Positions 47,475 through 57,981 of a stretch of 64,000 nucleotides of DNA are shown one piece after another. The notes under the pieces are model-generated. The model was not told the origin of the DNA, did no database searches, and was given only the letters and a program-made list of their open reading frames with translations. The stretch lies in contig NHCG01000002.1 of assembly GCA_002167715.1 (NCBI GenBank), positions 987-64,986 of the forward strand, written 5' to 3'. Source of the stretch: Micavibrio sp. TMED27. GTDB lineage: Bacteria > Pseudomonadota > Alphaproteobacteria > Micavibrionales > Micavibrionaceae. The first letter of the stretch is position 1; each line of letters starts with the position of its first letter. The translations under genes were made by a program, and so were the position numbers.

Positions 47475-49017
47475 ATCTATATCTCAGTTTTTACCCTCAG
47501 ACTATCAACAGAATCCCGAGAAGTTCTCTTGGCCCGTAGCAAGAGATGATATTGCGTTAGTACGAGATAAGTTTATCAAACAAATTATTCTTATTTCCAA
47601 AAATCCTCAAAAAGAACACCATAAATATTATAAGATTCTTGGGCTTTTGTGGGTTAACCAAGTTATTCAGGCCTATCATTTTCTATCAGCATGTGATGCT
47701 TTCAAAACAGCACACATTAAACCAAACTTCGATGGTGATTGCGGTTTCATGCGCGCTATTTGGAACGGTGATAAACCGGAGCTTCCAGACTATCTGAATA
47801 GTCTAGAACAAGGACTATCAAGCGAGCCTGCCTTCATCTTATTTCTTAAAGGGCTTAAAAGGAATTTCACACCAAACCCATTAAAATATAAACCTAATTT
47901 CTTAGTCAATTTTGATAATGACATTATTGTCAGCTCAACCGGAGAGCTTATTTTCAAACATGCCGAAAATATTCAAAAACCGCTTATTTATATTCCCCGA
48001 TCTTTTTGGTTCAAAAACCATATGCCTATCTCAAGGCAAAGTGATTACGACTTCGAAGAATTTTTCAATATCATAGAAGAAGCCTTTGGAGATAAAAGAA
48101 CCCTTATTACAGACATATATAAAGACTGGTTTAAAGAAATTTACACGCGCTCTATTTCTGCCTGCCATGCTCATATTCACTATTTGCAATCTAACCCTAA
48201 TATAATTCCTAAAAATCTATGGATCGGCAGCGGCGGTGTTATGTGGGATAGAATTATGAAATTTGTTGTAACCGAAAATGGTGGCAGTGTTACTGGGCAC
48301 GATCACGGCAGCGGCATAGGACATATGGTTTCAAAAAGCCGTGCCCTTTCTGAATGCAATGATTGTCATTATTTCGTTCCATTTAACAAAGATAAAGAGA
48401 TGTTCTCTCAAGCTCTTGATCACGACTTCCTGTTCGAAGATTTACCGGAAATTACACCGATTTTCCAATCACAAACAACAATGGATACGAGCTCGCATAG
48501 ACCCCTTCAAAACATCAAAAAAATTCTCGTCATACCCTACGGCCCTGATCAAAACACGTCTCGTTTTTTAACAACACCACATGATTCCGTTAAGTCTGAC
48601 TTTCTTATTCGCATTTTAGACCAGTTAAAAAAATTAGATTATGACGTTACCCTTAAACCGCATCCACACTGCCCTTTGCCTCTATCAAAGCAATATTTAG
48701 AAGAACACGACATTACGCTCGCCACAGGTAATATTGAGGCAGCCTTCAATAAAACGGATGCTGTTTTATTTCTGCATCATTATACAACCACATTTCGTGA
48801 AGCCTTCATCCATGGTTTACCCATCATATTAATTGACCCACAGTTTGAAAAATGGGTTCCTGATGCCTTTGAAAAACTTAAAAAAAGATGCAGTATTATT
48901 CCTTCATATTATGATGAAAATAACCGTATCCAGATCAATTTTACAAAGTTGGAACAAGAGATAAAGGACGCGTCCAATAGAATGGACCGCGCTTATTTTG
49001 AAACCTATTACCAATAA
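47455..49017 (+). CDS. Hypothetical GT-B-like protein with a K-P-H-P motif (start uncertain: TTG 47455 or GTG 47467)
   Basis: KKILVIPYG ... VTLKPHPHCP ... DAVLFLHHYTTTFREAFIHGLPIILI. No family assigned. Confidence 0.4.
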   Translation: MEDTVTKSISQFLPSDYQQNPEKFSWPVARDDIALVRDKFIKQIILISKNPQKEHHKYYKILGLLWVNQVIQAYHFLSACDAFKTAHIKPNFDGDCGFMRAIWNGDKPELPDYLNSLEQGLSSEPAFILFLKGLKRNFTPNPLKYKPNFLVNFDNDIIVSSTGELIFKHAENIQKPLIYIPRSFWFKNHMPISRQSDYDFEEFFNIIEEAFGDKRTLITDIYKDWFKEIYTRSISACHAHIHYLQSNPNIIPKNLWIGSGGVMWDRIMKFVVTENGGSVTGHDHGSGIGHMVSKSRALSECNDCHYFVPFNKDKEMFSQALDHDFLFEDLPEITPIFQSQTTMDTSSHRPLQNIKKILVIPYGPDQNTSRFLTTPHDSVKSDFLIRILDQLKKLDYDVTLKPHPHCPLPLSKQYLEEHDITLATGNIEAAFNKTDAVLFLHHYTTTFREAFIHGLPIILIDPQFEKWVPDAFEKLKKRCSIIPSYYDENNRIQINFTKLEQEIKDASNRMDRAYFETYYQ

Positions 49018-49023
49018 TATCTT

Positions 49024-50712
49024 TTAAGGAACCTTACCAAGATCGATAATCAAATCTGCTTCTTGTTTGATCGTATTTTGATGAGAAATAGCAACTATCG
49101 TTGTACTCTTGGCCAGCTTCTTCAAGGTCACAAAAATTTCTTTTTCAGTCTTAGGGTCTAATGAAGCTGTGGCTTCGTCTAAAATCAAAAGTTTAGGCTT
49201 TCGAATAAGAGCTCTTGCAATCGAAATTCTTTGACGCTGCCCACCTGATAAACGACTACCCCGCTCACCAAGATTTGTATATAGCTTATCTGGCAGCTCT
49301 TTCACAAAGTCCCACGCTTCAGCTTGTTTCAAAGCTTCAATCGCATCTTCCTCTGTAAGAGTTTCATCACCGAGAATAAGGTTTCCAATAATGTTATCAT
49401 TAAAAATGACAAATTCTTGAGGCACATATCCAATATTTTGGCGCCATGTAGAAATATTAATATCATTCAGATCAACACCATCAATCAAAACTGAGCCAGA
49501 CTTGGGTGTATAAAGACCGCACAACAAATCAACTATCGTTGTCTTTCCTGTTCCTGAAGGCCCTAATAAACCAATCAAATTATTGACTGGTAGATATAGG
49601 TTTAAACCTTTTAAGATCTCTTTATCACCATAATCAAAATCTACATTTTTAAGCTCAATGTCTTTTTCAAATACAGGGGACTGACCTTGTGTGAAGTGCT
49701 CTGCACCTTCACGCGCTTTCTCTGTGAAATCCATCAAAGACCAAAAAAAACTTTCCTTACCGCAAAGCACTTGATATGACTGCTGCAACGCTTTACCGGA
49801 CGAAATCACCCTATAAAAGAGCGCGGCCATAACCATCAAAACTGAGCTCTCCATATCAAGCCAGACAATTGCACCGTAAAGTCCAAAACACATGATCGTA
49901 ATAAAGACAGGTTCATGCAAAATTCCTAAATTTTGCTTTGCCATCATTTGTTCTTTAGTGATCCTAAATAGCTCATGAATATCACCGAGAATTTTCTTAT
50001 AAACCACGTTCTCAATATTCATGGCTTTTAGAGGCTTAAAGTTCTGTAGCACATCTGCAATTTGCGTATTAATGCTAATAGATAGATCTTTTTGTTTTAT
50101 ACCTGTCTTACCCGTAATCCTCACAAAACGAATTAACACAAACCATAAAAATATACTGGCAATAACCCCCAACACCACAACTTCCCATGATGAAATCGCG
50201 GCAATAGACAATAAGATAATGATCTGTAGAACAGACGCCGCAATATCCGCAAAGGATTTAAAGGTTCCTCCACTACGCTGCGCTTCAGAAAACAGCGCAT
50301 TTAAAAATGTACCAACAGGCTTGTCCGTATAAAATGACCACCTAGAATGAAAAATCGCTTCTAAAAATTGGGATCTAAAATCATAAACAATTTTTGCTGA
50401 AAGATGAGAAGTATATAAAGCTCCAAGGTATCGTAAGAAAGCCTTCAGAATAAATATCACTGCTATAAATAATAATACATTTGTTAAATTAAGCTCTACA
50501 GATAGCATTTCAAAGAATTGCGAGAAGATCAGCGATAGCTGAGAGTTACTCTGCCCTAAACCATCAGTTATAAGGGTAATTAACGGCAATAGAGCCATAA
50601 TCCCAAGGCCTTCTAAAAAGCCAACACTGAACTGAACAAATAATAGCAATAAAGTCTGCCATCTATATGTCTTTAAAAAATAAAGGAGAATATTTAGCTT
50701 TGTTTGCTTCAT
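49024..50712 (-). CDS. ABC exporter half-transporter (fused TMD-NBD; MsbA/PglK-like)
   Basis: Six predicted N-terminal TM helices. Walker A GPSGTGKTT, signature LSGGQRQR and Walker B LLILDEATS. Confidence 0.85.
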   Translation of the reverse strand: MKQTKLNILLYFLKTYRWQTLLLLFVQFSVGFLEGLGIMALLPLITLITDGLGQSNSQLSLIFSQFFEMLSVELNLTNVLLFIAVIFILKAFLRYLGALYTSHLSAKIVYDFRSQFLEAIFHSRWSFYTDKPVGTFLNALFSEAQRSGGTFKSFADIAASVLQIIILLSIAAISSWEVVVLGVIASIFLWFVLIRFVRITGKTGIKQKDLSISINTQIADVLQNFKPLKAMNIENVVYKKILGDIHELFRITKEQMMAKQNLGILHEPVFITIMCFGLYGAIVWLDMESSVLMVMAALFYRVISSGKALQQSYQVLCGKESFFWSLMDFTEKAREGAEHFTQGQSPVFEKDIELKNVDFDYGDKEILKGLNLYLPVNNLIGLLGPSGTGKTTIVDLLCGLYTPKSGSVLIDGVDLNDINISTWRQNIGYVPQEFVIFNDNIIGNLILGDETLTEEDAIEALKQAEAWDFVKELPDKLYTNLGERGSRLSGGQRQRISIARALIRKPKLLILDEATASLDPKTEKEIFVTLKKLAKSTTIVAISHQNTIKQEADLIIDLGKVP

Positions 50713-51671
50713 GAATTTGCCATCATTTCTGCTCTTTTCAGTCCCATTGAAGCCTGACCAAATGGAAACTGATTACAATCATATCGTGGTAGGGCTTGTT
50801 TTTTATGTATTAGATCATGAGCGTTAATATCTCTTTGCTCAACACTGAATGAAAAATCGACATTTTCTTTTTCTAATATCATCAACGTATCTTCATTAAA
50901 ACTATGATCACCACCATAGGGGTAACAAAATGTCTTAATAGAATTAGAAGGAACGAAATCATCCAATAATTTAAAACAATTCATAATCTCATTATTTTGC
51001 GTTGCATAATCAAGACGGCTAAAAACAGGATGTGTGACACTATGCGCCCCGATAACCATACCCATATTATTCATAGATTTAATCTGTGTTGGTGATAGAT
51101 AAAAATCCTTACAAAGCAATGCTTCATCTGGGAAATACTTCTGCATCAAGACATCAAGTACATCATCTTTTTGCTGATAGTCTAAGAAGTAATTCAAAAT
51201 CTGCTTCACTTGTTTTGTCGCAGCATCATTATCTTGACGGGCATAAGTAACTTTTTCAAATTTATCAACATACTCATTTTGAATATAGCTCTCACGCAGA
51301 GTTTTTTCCAACGTCAACAAAATTTCTTGGCCACCATATTTACCAATTAAAACATGAATACGGTGAACGTCGAGCAGCTTTTGGGTTTGATATGGTCCCG
51401 TCGGAATATAGAAAATTCCCCACAAACCTTCAGCTGCTAGGTACTCAGCCGCTTCAAAATGATCAATCAAACCGTCATCAAACGTTAGAATAGCCGCATC
51501 TTCAACAGGCTCTTTCTGTTCAATAGAGTTGAAGAATTCTGATTTAGAAATAAAATTATAATGATGTTTAAAGTACGAAACCTGCTTTTTAAAATCCTCT
51601 ATATGAAGATATCTAAACCACGGATATGCTTCGTCGCCTTCACGAATATAGTGATACATGAATGATTTCAT
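50709..51671 (-). CDS. Polysaccharide deacetylase (NodB homology domain)
   Basis: ILTFDDGLIDHF and GAHSVTHP. Confidence 0.75.
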   Translation of the reverse strand: MKSFMYHYIREGDEAYPWFRYLHIEDFKKQVSYFKHHYNFISKSEFFNSIEQKEPVEDAAILTFDDGLIDHFEAAEYLAAEGLWGIFYIPTGPYQTQKLLDVHRIHVLIGKYGGQEILLTLEKTLRESYIQNEYVDKFEKVTYARQDNDAATKQVKQILNYFLDYQQKDDVLDVLMQKYFPDEALLCKDFYLSPTQIKSMNNMGMVIGAHSVTHPVFSRLDYATQNNEIMNCFKLLDDFVPSNSIKTFCYPYGGDHSFNEDTLMILEKENVDFSFSVEQRDINAHDLIHKKQALPRYDCNQFPFGQASMGLKRAEMMANS

Positions 51672-51681
51672 GGCATTTTTT

Positions 51682-52488
51682 CTAACTTAATACAGAGTTT
51701 TTAACAATAGGCGTTTTCGTATTCATCTGTATTCTTTGTGCAAGATATTCATCAATCATGCCCTTTTCGAAATTACGGTACATTTGCCGTACAGCATCGT
51801 CTGAATAATCTTTGCGTTTATAATATTTTTCTTCTCTATTCAAAACAGGTTGAGGCTGCGTCTTGATTTCATCTAATTTAGTAATAATTTGCGCGTATGT
51901 CTCAGGAATTATGCTAATAAGGCGATTACCAATATCATGAGGGCTATCACCAGAATGAATATCTGCGCGGATTTGATGGATAATCTCGCCTGTGTCCACA
52001 CCAGCATCAATATACATGAATGTAGCACCAACACATTCGGGCTCATTATTAACTAGCGGCCAAAAATTAGTGGCTGTTCCTCGATAATAGGGAGAAAGCC
52101 CTAAATGAACATTCAAAAAACGACCTTTAAACTCTTCCAGTAATTCACTTTTAACGAGCGAGCACCCATAAGCAACTAAGACATCTGGCTGTAAATTTAT
52201 AATGTCTTCTACGGTTTTTTGCTCATTTATAGCTCCCGTTTTAACAAATATAGGATTAGTCAGATCAGGTGTTAATCGATCAAAAATTCCAAAAAAATCT
52301 TGTTCAGATAAAGTCCGAAGCTCTAAATGTCTTCGCGCAAATTCACTTTGATCCGTAACAGGAATATCTGGTTTAACCTCACAATAGCTTGCTAAAACTT
52401 CAATTCCATTACATTGTGCCAGGGCCTTTCTAAAGAAATTATGCCTGAGCTGATCACCTGTTAGTACAACAACACGCTTCGACATCAC
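51682..52488 (-). CDS. Formyltransferase-domain protein
   Basis: FLNVHLGLSPYYRGTA (the xNxHxSLLPxxRG type) and IDAGVDTGEII. Confidence 0.7.
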   Translation of the reverse strand: MMSKRVVVLTGDQLRHNFFRKALAQCNGIEVLASYCEVKPDIPVTDQSEFARRHLELRTLSEQDFFGIFDRLTPDLTNPIFVKTGAINEQKTVEDIINLQPDVLVAYGCSLVKSELLEEFKGRFLNVHLGLSPYYRGTATNFWPLVNNEPECVGATFMYIDAGVDTGEIIHQIRADIHSGDSPHDIGNRLISIIPETYAQIITKLDEIKTQPQPVLNREEKYYKRKDYSDDAVRQMYRNFEKGMIDEYLAQRIQMNTKTPIVKNSVLS

Positions 52489-53204
52489 AACCCTCTCTCT
52501 GATTGCATACGTTGTTTCAAAAGAAAGTCCGCCAAAACTAAATCAGCCTCTTCATCAATGTCTATCGAGCGCTCAGCAGGCATTATATAGGGCACTATAT
52601 GCTCTCCATATAGATCATTTTGATCCATAAGGACATCACGGCGTGTCATGTATAAACTGCCATTTCTTTTATAAATAGCGGGTTCTAAATCCTGACGCCT
52701 AATCATTTCCGGTGTATCTTGGATATATGGTTTCAACTCGCCTTGTTCTATAATTTTCAGCTTAAATGGATGGCTATCCATCGCTTCTTTAACCGAGACG
52801 ATGGATGTTGCGTTTGGATGTTGTTGTAATAAGCCAAGCGCCTTATTTATATCAGCAGGCAATACGAGTGGATTAGTGGCCTGCACTAACATTGTCCAAT
52901 CAATCTGCACTTTATCATTCTCTTCAAAATACTGGAGCGCGTGCTGCATGACACCAAGAGAAGAAGCCTCATCTGTCGCTAGATGAGCTGGCCGAATAAA
53001 TGGCACATCTGCGCCATATTGACGTGCAACACTGGCAATGGTTTCATCATCGGTACTCACTATCAATTTGTGGAACTGATCAGAACATTCTAGGCACGCT
53101 TTGATGGCATGCGCAATAAGCGGTATACCAGCAACTTCTTTGATATTTTTACCTGGTATACCTTTTGAGCCACCGCGTGCAGGAATAACAGCTAAGATAT
53201 TCAT
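52485..53204 (-). CDS. Acylneuraminate (nonulosonate) cytidylyltransferase, NeuA/PseF/LegF family
   Basis: ILAVIPARGGSKGIPGKNIK, QATNPL and NGSLY. Confidence 0.85.
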   Translation of the reverse strand: MNILAVIPARGGSKGIPGKNIKEVAGIPLIAHAIKACLECSDQFHKLIVSTDDETIASVARQYGADVPFIRPAHLATDEASSLGVMQHALQYFEENDKVQIDWTMLVQATNPLVLPADINKALGLLQQHPNATSIVSVKEAMDSHPFKLKIIEQGELKPYIQDTPEMIRRQDLEPAIYKRNGSLYMTRRDVLMDQNDLYGEHIVPYIMPAERSIDIDEEADLVLADFLLKQRMQSERGL

Positions 53205-54394
53205 TAAGCTACACTCTGCTTTTCTGTATGCTGTTCAGAATCCAAATAACTCAATTTCTTATGAAAGCTTAACGCACATTCTGAAAGGGTTTGTGCAATA
53301 ACTTCCCCCGCGTTACCGTGTCCATATAACTTAGATGATTGTGGACGCGGCTGACTAAGATGGCGTTCGATAGCTGCCTTAATTTGTTTTTGATCATAGT
53401 CTGAATGAATAACATTTTCTGCATGTTCACGATCAGATTGACGACTACCAATATTCACAGCTGGCACACCCAAATAAGATGCTTCTCTAATAGCACAGCT
53501 TGAATTACCAATAATTACACTCGCCTTATTTAATAACCTTAGGAAATCCTCAACGGCCATATTTCTAAAAAAGTGAATATTTTCAGGGCTATAATTTTCT
53601 CTATATGAGCGAATAGCTTTTGAAGTTGCGTCACTACCAGCATCAATATTTGGCCAGAACCACAAAGTTGGAATACCAAGTTCATGAACCGTTTTTAGTG
53701 TCACCATACTCTGTTCAAGTGCGTCACCATATTCTGTAGTAACAGGATGTTGCATAACAATTAAAAAATCTTCATCTAAAACTGGGTGTGCTCCTACACC
53801 GCCATATCTATCATAAATTTTAAAATCAATTTCAGGTGAATCTATGATTTTTTGACACAAATCCGTACTTGGGCATCCTGATAAAATGACTTTCTCAGGT
53901 TGTTCCCCCATGCGCAAAATAAAATCACGTGCACATTCAGTTGCAGGAAAATGAATATCTGCAAGTTTTGTGATGGCATGACGAACTTTTTCATCAATAT
54001 TACCCGTCACTTCTCCGCCCTGCGCATGAGCAATCGGGATGTTCATATATGCCGCAGGTATAGCCGCCGCCATCTGCTCATAACGATCAGCCATAATAAA
54101 TACAATATCGGGTTTTAAACGATCATAGGCACTGGCGAATTCTATTAGCCCTAATCCTGTAGTTTTTGCGGATGTTAAGAGGTTTTCTCCTTCCACAATC
54201 ATATAAATTCGCTCATCAATCTTAAAACCATCTTTTGTAATAAGATCTTCCATTTCACCATAGCGTGTGAGTAGTGCAGAGCCAGCACAAATGAGCTGCA
54301 TTTCTAAATCTGGGTGACTATTGATAGCATAAAGGACTGGACGTATTTTTGCGTAACTGGTTCTTGCTGTTAAAACAACACAGACTTTTCTCAT
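53204..54394 (-). CDS. Hydrolysing UDP-sugar 2-epimerase, NeuC/LegG family
   Basis: KVCVVLTARTSYAKIRPV and AHAQGGEVTGNIDEKVRHAITKLADIHF. Confidence 0.85.
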   Translation of the reverse strand: MRKVCVVLTARTSYAKIRPVLYAINSHPDLEMQLICAGSALLTRYGEMEDLITKDGFKIDERIYMIVEGENLLTSAKTTGLGLIEFASAYDRLKPDIVFIMADRYEQMAAAIPAAYMNIPIAHAQGGEVTGNIDEKVRHAITKLADIHFPATECARDFILRMGEQPEKVILSGCPSTDLCQKIIDSPEIDFKIYDRYGGVGAHPVLDEDFLIVMQHPVTTEYGDALEQSMVTLKTVHELGIPTLWFWPNIDAGSDATSKAIRSYRENYSPENIHFFRNMAVEDFLRLLNKASVIIGNSSCAIREASYLGVPAVNIGSRQSDREHAENVIHSDYDQKQIKAAIERHLSQPRPQSSKLYGHGNAGEVIAQTLSECALSFHKKLSYLDSEQHTEKQSVA

Positions 54395-54523
54395 AATATT
54401 CTCTTTTATTCAGGCCAATCCTAGGCAATATTGCGGCTTTATATTCATTCTCATCTATACAAAGAATGTTACATTTTATATCTTCATAGTGATTAGCGTG
54501 TCAATTATATCGAGTTTTAGGCT

Positions 54524-55375
54524 TTGAAAATCTCTCACAAAATAAAATCTATTCTTATAAAACTCTGCAAACGCATTGGTGAAACCAGCCCTATTCTTAT
54601 TAACTGGTCAGAAATGTATGATTTAAAACCAAGTGCACAATTACTTGATACTATGAGAATCAGTAAAGATTTAATTCCTACGAATGTAGATGCACCAAGT
54701 AATCAAGATATTTTAATCCTAGCCCCCCACCCTGACGACGAAGTTATTGGTATGGGTGGTACTTTGATTCAAATGATCCAGAATAACTGCCGTGTCAAAG
54801 TTTTGTATATAACTCTCAGTGATGACGAAGCACTTGTAAAAGAAGCAACTGACGCATCAAAAAATGTTGGTTATGAAATCGAATTCCTAGGACTAGAGAA
54901 AAGAAATATCTCACTTGATACTAGCGCCCTTGAAAAATTTGCTCATAAAATCAACATGACAAATGCAAAACATCTCTTCATTCCCTTTATGCTAGATGAT
55001 CATGATGACCACAGGCGTGTATCGGAGCTGTTGCAAAAAGCTTATCATCAAGGACTTATAGAGACGAAGTTTTGCATATGGGCTTATCAAGTTTACACAG
55101 CCTTGCCGCTTAACTCAGTGGTTGATATCACCAATGTGATAAGTAAGAAAATAGAAGCCATTCGTTATTACCGTTCACAATTTAAATCACGGGACTGGGC
55201 TCATTTTGCACAAGGTTTAAACGCATTTAATATGCGATTTTTATCTGGTAGAAATGATGCTTCCTACGCTGAAGTTTTTTTCAGAGCCTCACTAAAAAAC
55301 TATATAAAAATGTGCGATAGCTATTTCGGACATAACTCTGGATCTTGTTATGAATTACAATCTTATAAAAATTGA
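54524..55375 (+). CDS. PIG-L/LmbE-family deacetylase (start uncertain: TTG 54524 or ATG 54614)
   Basis: ILAPHPDDEVIGMGG and DDHDDHRR. Confidence 0.8.
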   Translation: MKISHKIKSILIKLCKRIGETSPILINWSEMYDLKPSAQLLDTMRISKDLIPTNVDAPSNQDILILAPHPDDEVIGMGGTLIQMIQNNCRVKVLYITLSDDEALVKEATDASKNVGYEIEFLGLEKRNISLDTSALEKFAHKINMTNAKHLFIPFMLDDHDDHRRVSELLQKAYHQGLIETKFCIWAYQVYTALPLNSVVDITNVISKKIEAIRYYRSQFKSRDWAHFAQGLNAFNMRFLSGRNDASYAEVFFRASLKNYIKMCDSYFGHNSGSCYELQSYKN

Positions 55376-56384
55376 AAATCAAGATGACCCGCTAAATCAA
55401 GCAAGCGATAATTTTATTTCTACAAAGAATATGCCAGATTATAGTTCCTCACACTGGCAAAAAATTATCGATAGTACCTATGCTTATAATACCGCTCGCT
55501 TTTGTGTGATCGGTGAAGATAACCAAATTCATGGCACATCCCTTATCTATTATTGCCCCAAGACAGGCAAAGCTTTTACACCGCGCTTTGGTCTTTGCGC
55601 CGACAATCAAGACGTTTTCAACATCTTAGCGAAAGCCATTAAAGATTTTAGTACAGAGCATCAATTTAAAGACGTTTTAATAACTTCAGGTCATGACCCC
55701 TTTCAATCTGAAAAGCCCTACTGGCATAAAAAGAATATATTCATCCCGCTAGAATATGAAACACAAGAAAAGCTATGGGACGCAGTACCAAAGAAAACTA
55801 AAAACATGATACGTAAAGCTGAGAAAAACGGGATCACCATTCGCATATCTCATAATGCTCTCGAGAGCTTTTATCCGTTGTACCAATCTCATATGCTTAG
55901 TAAACAGCTAAAAATTAAACCGCGTATGTATTTTGAAAAACTTCAAAATGAGATGAAAGAAAAACTTGTTTACGTTGAAGCGCGGCATAATGGTGAAATT
56001 GCTGGCTATATGATTTTTTTAAATAATGCCCATAACGCAAGCTATCTATACAATGTATGTGAACATAGCGCGGCGCGTGACGGTGCCAATAACCTAATGA
56101 TGTGGAATGCCTTTTGTTATTTCTACGAACAAAACAAAAAATTTATAGAGCTAGGGGAATCCAGTGAAAATAGTCCCGTTTACAATTTTAAAAAACGCCT
56201 CACTAAAGAACCACGCATAGAAGACATATTTTATGTTCAGCTCTTACAATCCCAACAGAGAAGCCTATCCGAAAAAATTATAGGAAAACTACATGCGTTC
56301 CAAATGAAAGTACTCCCTTACATGCCGGAAGCGATGCAAACACACATCCTACTTAAAGAGGACTCTATCGGCCGTGTTATATAA
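55350..56384 (+). CDS. FemAB-like / GNAT-fold acyl(aminoacyl)transferase
   Basis: KKTKNMIRKAEKNGITIR and EARHNGEIAGYMIFLNNAHNASYLYN ... FIELGES, typical of the FemA/FemB-type family. Confidence 0.55.
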   Translation: MNYNLIKIENQDDPLNQASDNFISTKNMPDYSSSHWQKIIDSTYAYNTARFCVIGEDNQIHGTSLIYYCPKTGKAFTPRFGLCADNQDVFNILAKAIKDFSTEHQFKDVLITSGHDPFQSEKPYWHKKNIFIPLEYETQEKLWDAVPKKTKNMIRKAEKNGITIRISHNALESFYPLYQSHMLSKQLKIKPRMYFEKLQNEMKEKLVYVEARHNGEIAGYMIFLNNAHNASYLYNVCEHSAARDGANNLMMWNAFCYFYEQNKKFIELGESSENSPVYNFKKRLTKEPRIEDIFYVQLLQSQQRSLSEKIIGKLHAFQMKVLPYMPEAMQTHILLKEDSIGRVI

Positions 56385-56949
56385 AATCATAGATTGGCGT
56401 ATATATACTTCTTATAAAAAAGATCCTCAAAGCATGAGTGATCAAGAAAATAGTCTCATAGAACTTACAAAGGATTACTTTAATAAGGATCCACTGTTTA
56501 CAGAAAAAAATCGTAAAGATAGGTATATAGAGCGCTTACAAGACGGTCATCGATGTTATGCATACACCCAGAAAGGTAAAATAAGCGCCTATTTCTGGGT
56601 CTCAGATTCAAATGCTAACTTAACTCAATTTGCTTTTAAGATTAAACTCAGTATTCCTAAAAATACCGCCTATATATGGGACTGTAGAACAGCGCCTGAC
56701 TTCAAGCGCCAAGGGCTTTACTCCATGGGCTTATCAGAAATAAGCCGTATTTATTCTGATAAATATCTCAGCATTAATTGTATAAAACATAATATCGCGT
56801 CAAAACGTGGAATTGAAAAAGCTAACTTTATCAAACATACCCATATTATGGCTGTTATTCTCCTTCAGAAATATTCATTTTGTTGGTTATCAAAATACCC
56901 GTTTAAGATTTATATAAACTCTATTGATATGCATCGCCTAATAGATTAA
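56374..56949 (+). CDS. Putative GNAT acetyltransferase (start uncertain: GTG 56374 or ATG 56434)
   Basis: Motif-A-like CRTAPDFKRQGLYSMGLSEI. Confidence 0.4.
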   Translation: MLYKIIDWRIYTSYKKDPQSMSDQENSLIELTKDYFNKDPLFTEKNRKDRYIERLQDGHRCYAYTQKGKISAYFWVSDSNANLTQFAFKIKLSIPKNTAYIWDCRTAPDFKRQGLYSMGLSEISRIYSDKYLSINCIKHNIASKRGIEKANFIKHTHIMAVILLQKYSFCWLSKYPFKIYINSIDMHRLID

Positions 56950-56976
56950 GGATTGATGCATAAAGAGAGGTTATCG

Positions 56977-57981
56977 ATGTCAGAGTTTAAAATAGATGTT
57001 GCGGTAATTGGCTGCGGCTATTGGGGAAAAAACTTAGTTCGTAATTTTCATGAAATTGGTGCTCTCAAAGCTATATGTGATTTTGATCCAACAACCGCTG
57101 AGAAATTTGCTCAGCAATATGAAGTTCAAGCGCTGAGCTTACAAGAGATTTTAAACGCAAATGATATTCAAGCGGTCGTTATTGCCGCGCCTGCCGCCCA
57201 ACATTTCAATATTGCAAAACAAGCGCTTGAAAAAGGAAAGCATGTTTTTGTAGAAAAACCACTTTCTTTATCTGTTAAAGAAGGTGAAGAGCTCTGTGAA
57301 ATCGCAAAGCAAAACGATCTTATTCTTATGGTTGGGCACTTACTGCATTATCACAGTGCTTACCAGAGTCTTAAAACTTTAGTTGAAGACGGCACCTTGG
57401 GTGATCTTCGTTATATATATTCTAACCGTCTAAATTTAGGAAAAGTCCGCCGCGAAGAAGATATACTCTGGTCTTTTGCACCTCATGATATTTCAATGAT
57501 ATTAGACCTTATGGGCGAAGAGCCTAAAAACGTTGATGCGAAAGGCGGCTTTTATCTCTCTGAAAATATTGCCGATGTCACGACAACACATCTAACATTT
57601 TCTAATAACCGAAAAGCACATATTTTTGTATCATGGCTACACCCGTTTAAAGAGCAAAAGCTTGTTGTGGTGGGCTCAAAAGCAATGGCGGTCTTTATTG
57701 ACGGAGAGCCATGGAATCAAAAGCTACAGCTCTATAAACACAATATTGATATCACCGATGAAACCGCTGCGCCGCTAATTGATAAAGCTGATGTTGAATA
57801 TGTTGACGTACCTGAAAGTGAGCCTCTCAAGAATGAATGTTTACATTTTCTAGAATCTATAAGCACTAAAGCGCAGCCCATTACCAATGGTGAGGAAGGA
57901 CTTCGTGTGTTAAAAGTACTAGAAGCCTCAACATCCGCTATAGAGAAACATAATGAGCAATCAAAATTACTATGCGCATGA
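56977..57981 (+). CDS. Gfo/Idh/MocA-family sugar-nucleotide oxidoreductase (WbpB-like)
   Basis: IDVAVIGCGYWGKNLVRNF and EKPL. The ATG at 56977 follows a GAGAGG SD at 6 nt; the listed 56953 TTG is less likely. Confidence 0.8.
   Translation: MSEFKIDVAVIGCGYWGKNLVRNFHEIGALKAICDFDPTTAEKFAQQYEVQALSLQEILNANDIQAVVIAAPAAQHFNIAKQALEKGKHVFVEKPLSLSVKEGEELCEIAKQNDLILMVGHLLHYHSAYQSLKTLVEDGTLGDLRYIYSNRLNLGKVRREEDILWSFAPHDISMILDLMGEEPKNVDAKGGFYLSENIADVTTTHLTFSNNRKAHIFVSWLHPFKEQKLVVVGSKAMAVFIDGEPWNQKLQLYKHNIDITDETAAPLIDKADVEYVDVPESEPLKNECLHFLESISTKAQPITNGEEGLRVLKVLEASTSAIEKHNEQSKLLCA

Noticed and set aside
54425-54434. 10-bp palindrome GCAATATTGC in the NeuC-like/PIG-L divergent intergenic region.
   Set aside because: It is short and AT-rich, so chance occurrence is plausible. 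It has no second copy or partner motif.
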